From Bacillus subtilis subsp. subtilis str. 168 (lineage in GTDB: Bacteria; Bacillota; Bacilli; Bacillales; Bacillaceae), in assembly GCF_000009045.1 (NCBI RefSeq), contig NC_000964.3, positions 1,798,001 through 1,862,000 of the forward strand: a DNA stretch of 64,000 nt, written 5' to 3'. Below, one piece after another: positions 62,451 to 64,000 of this stretch; within the stretch, counting starts at the first letter, position 1, and every line of letters starts with the position of its first letter. Both the position numbers and the translations under genes were made by a program. The notes under the pieces were generated by a model. The model saw only the letters and a program-made list of their open reading frames with translations, ran no database searches and had not been told where the DNA came from.

Positions 62451-63273
62451 ATGTATGAAACAGTTCGCTGTTGAGTGCCTTGATATAGCGTACGGCAGAA
62501 CGCTGGACCGATTCGTCGGCATTTTCTTTGACAACTTTAGAGAAAGCATTGTAAAGCCGGTTGAATTGAAGCGGTTTTACTTTGGCTGCTATTTCTTCAA
62601 CTTTGGAGGCGGGAAGGGGAATGAGATTTGGGTAGCTGTACATAAAGCTGACCCAGTTTCGATCCGCCGCAACCGTAATGATATCTCCGGTCAATAGACA
62701 GCCTTTCCCTTCATTGCCCTTGCTCCAATGCAAAACAGCACCGCCTTTAAAATGTCCGCCCAGTCGGTAAAGGTCCAGTCCCGGCTTCATATTGAGCGTT
62801 TCCCCTGACCAGAAGTGAATGTGATTGCTTGGCCTTGTCACCCATTCTTTATCATCCTCATGGATATAGATCGGCGCCTGAAACGCTTCAGCCCACTCAA
62901 CCTGAGTAGAGTAATAATGTGGATGAGACAAGGCGATGGCTTGAATACCGCCTAATTCGTTGATTTGGTCAATTGTCTTTTGGTCAAGATATGTCATGCA
63001 ATCCCACAGCACATTGAAGCCCTTATGCTGAATAAGATGGGCTGTTTGTCCAATCGCAAACTCTGGTTCAGTTTTGATGCTGTAAAGATGCTCTTCTTCC
63101 TTTTTAAGGATGTTTTGAAGGTTTCCTTTCTCACGCATGTCTTCAAGGGTTGTCCAAGTTTGTCCATCGGGATGAATATACTGTCTTTCATCCTCGCAAA
63201 TCAGACACGAGTTGGGCGGATCTACAGTCTGTGCATGTTGCACACCGCATGTATTGCAGATATAATATGGCAC
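62449..63273 (-). CDS. ymaE: Metallo-beta-lactamase-fold protein with an N-terminal Cys4 motif (YmaE, ~274 aa)
   Basis: Motifs CNTC...CLICEDERQY, ALSHPHYYS, GGHFKGG and LTGDI. The likely start is GTG 63273 with AAGGAAGTGA upstream. The ORF track extends to ATG 63291. Confidence 0.85.
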   Translation of the reverse strand: MPYYICNTCGVQHAQTVDPPNSCLICEDERQYIHPDGQTWTTLEDMREKGNLQNILKKEEEHLYSIKTEPEFAIGQTAHLIQHKGFNVLWDCMTYLDQKTIDQINELGGIQAIALSHPHYYSTQVEWAEAFQAPIYIHEDDKEWVTRPSNHIHFWSGETLNMKPGLDLYRLGGHFKGGAVLHWSKGNEGKGCLLTGDIITVAADRNWVSFMYSYPNLIPLPASKVEEIAAKVKPLQFNRLYNAFSKVVKENADESVQRSAVRYIKALNSELFHT

Positions 63274-63303
63274 TTTCTTCACTTCCTTCATCTATTTTCC
63301 ATT

Positions 63304-63331
63304 ATTTTACCTTATGATTATGAATATTCAA
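63304..63331 (-). promoter_or_regulatory. Possible SigA promoter of ymaE
   Basis: The minus strand reads TTGAAT, 16 nt, TAAAAT, directly after the aprX terminator U tract. The spacing is suboptimal. Confidence 0.4.
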
Positions 63332-63334
63332 ACG

Positions 63335-63375
63335 AAAAAACCGGCAGTTCTGCTGAGAGAGAATTGCCGGCTTTT
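63335..63375 (-). terminator. Intrinsic terminator downstream of aprX (possibly bidirectional)
   Basis: ccggcagttc (63341-63350) / gaattgccgg (63361-63370) stem with one non-Watson-Crick pair. An A6 run on the left gives U6 on the minus strand, and there is a T4 run on the right. Confidence 0.85.
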
Positions 63376-63383
63376 GATGATGT

Positions 63384-64000
63384 TTATTGGCCGGGAACGG
63401 AATTTTCTGCGTTGACAGCGCCCGCTCCGTAGATATTCGGATCTTCATCTTTCCATTTGTCCGTGCCGTTTTTCAAAAGCTCTTTTACTTCATCAGGGGT
63501 AAGATCCGGGTTTTGCTGAAGAATTAAAGCTGCGATTCCTGCGCAAATCGGTGTTGCCATCGAGGTTCCTGACATTGTAAAGTACTGAGACCCTACACGG
63601 CTTGACTTTTGGAGCTTATCAATATAAGAATTCGGAGAGCGAAGGGAAATAATATTAACACCCGGCGCTAAAATATCGGGCTTTTCTTTCCCGTATACTG
63701 TCGGGCCGCGGCTTGAGAAGGAAGCGACAGTATCATCATCGCTGCTTGCAGTATTGTTATCGTCAAGCGCACCTACTGTAATCACCTTTTCGCTCACGCC
63801 CGGGCTTGCAATGGTCTGCGAATCAGGGCCTGAGTTTCCGGCAGCGACACAGACGACAATCCCTGCGCTCCACGCTTCCTCAACCGCTCTGACTAACGGA
63901 TCTTCCTGTTCATGATCATATCTAAGGGCATCGCCCCCGAGCGACATGCTCATAATATCAATCGGTTCATCGGGGTTGTCCTCATTGTATTGAATACACC
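63384..64000 (-). CDS. aprX: Intracellular alkaline serine protease AprX (subtilase S8), 3' part only; 5' end is outside the window
   Basis: Catalytic Ser motif SGTSMATP, oxyanion motif AAGNSG, and SSRGP/KPDILAPG. The frame stays open to the window end (...WCIQYNEDNPDEPIDIMSMSLG). Confidence 0.93.
   Translation of the reverse strand, partial: CIQYNEDNPDEPIDIMSMSLGGDALRYDHEQEDPLVRAVEEAWSAGIVVCVAAGNSGPDSQTIASPGVSEKVITVGALDDNNTASSDDDTVASFSSRGPTVYGKEKPDILAPGVNIISLRSPNSYIDKLQKSSRVGSQYFTMSGTSMATPICAGIAALILQQNPDLTPDEVKELLKNGTDKWKDEDPNIYGAGAVNAENSVPGQ

Noticed and set aside
62965-63432. 155-aa plus-strand ORF opposite ymaE/aprX (also 62410-62697 and 60738-61091)
   Set aside because: It runs antisense to well-supported genes and through a terminator, and has no motifs.

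Overview
This window is the distal ~60 kb of the Bacillus subtilis-type bacillaene (pks) trans-AT PKS/NRPS cluster plus its right flank. Plus strand: the 3' part of pksJ (open from the window edge), then pksL, pksM, pksN and pksR, with junctions that overlap or leave gaps of 15 nt or less. A bidirectional terminator follows. Minus strand: pksS (P450), ymzB, ymaE (MBL-fold protein) and the 3' part of aprX (subtilase). The ORF lengths (4538, 4262, 2543, 405 aa) match the lengths I recall for B. subtilis PksL/M/R/S, so I see no insertion, frameshift, mobile element, RNA gene or CRISPR array. At gene level this is a well-studied system, not a new one. The open questions lie below gene level: (1) a KPA..xLQP(L/V) linker motif repeated three times around the beta-branching ACP pair; (2) a KR|MT module split between pksN and pksR that is collinear with the intact PksM module and has no obvious docking domain; (3) two KS domains that keep the HGTGT His yet must be non-elongating by carbon count; (4) a GLNS ACP; (5) probable alternative start codons for pksN (adds a docking helix pair) and pksL; (6) the uncharacterised Cys4/MBL protein YmaE. 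Domain boundaries were read by eye and are approximate (about +/-30 nt). Literature statements are from memory and no searches were run.
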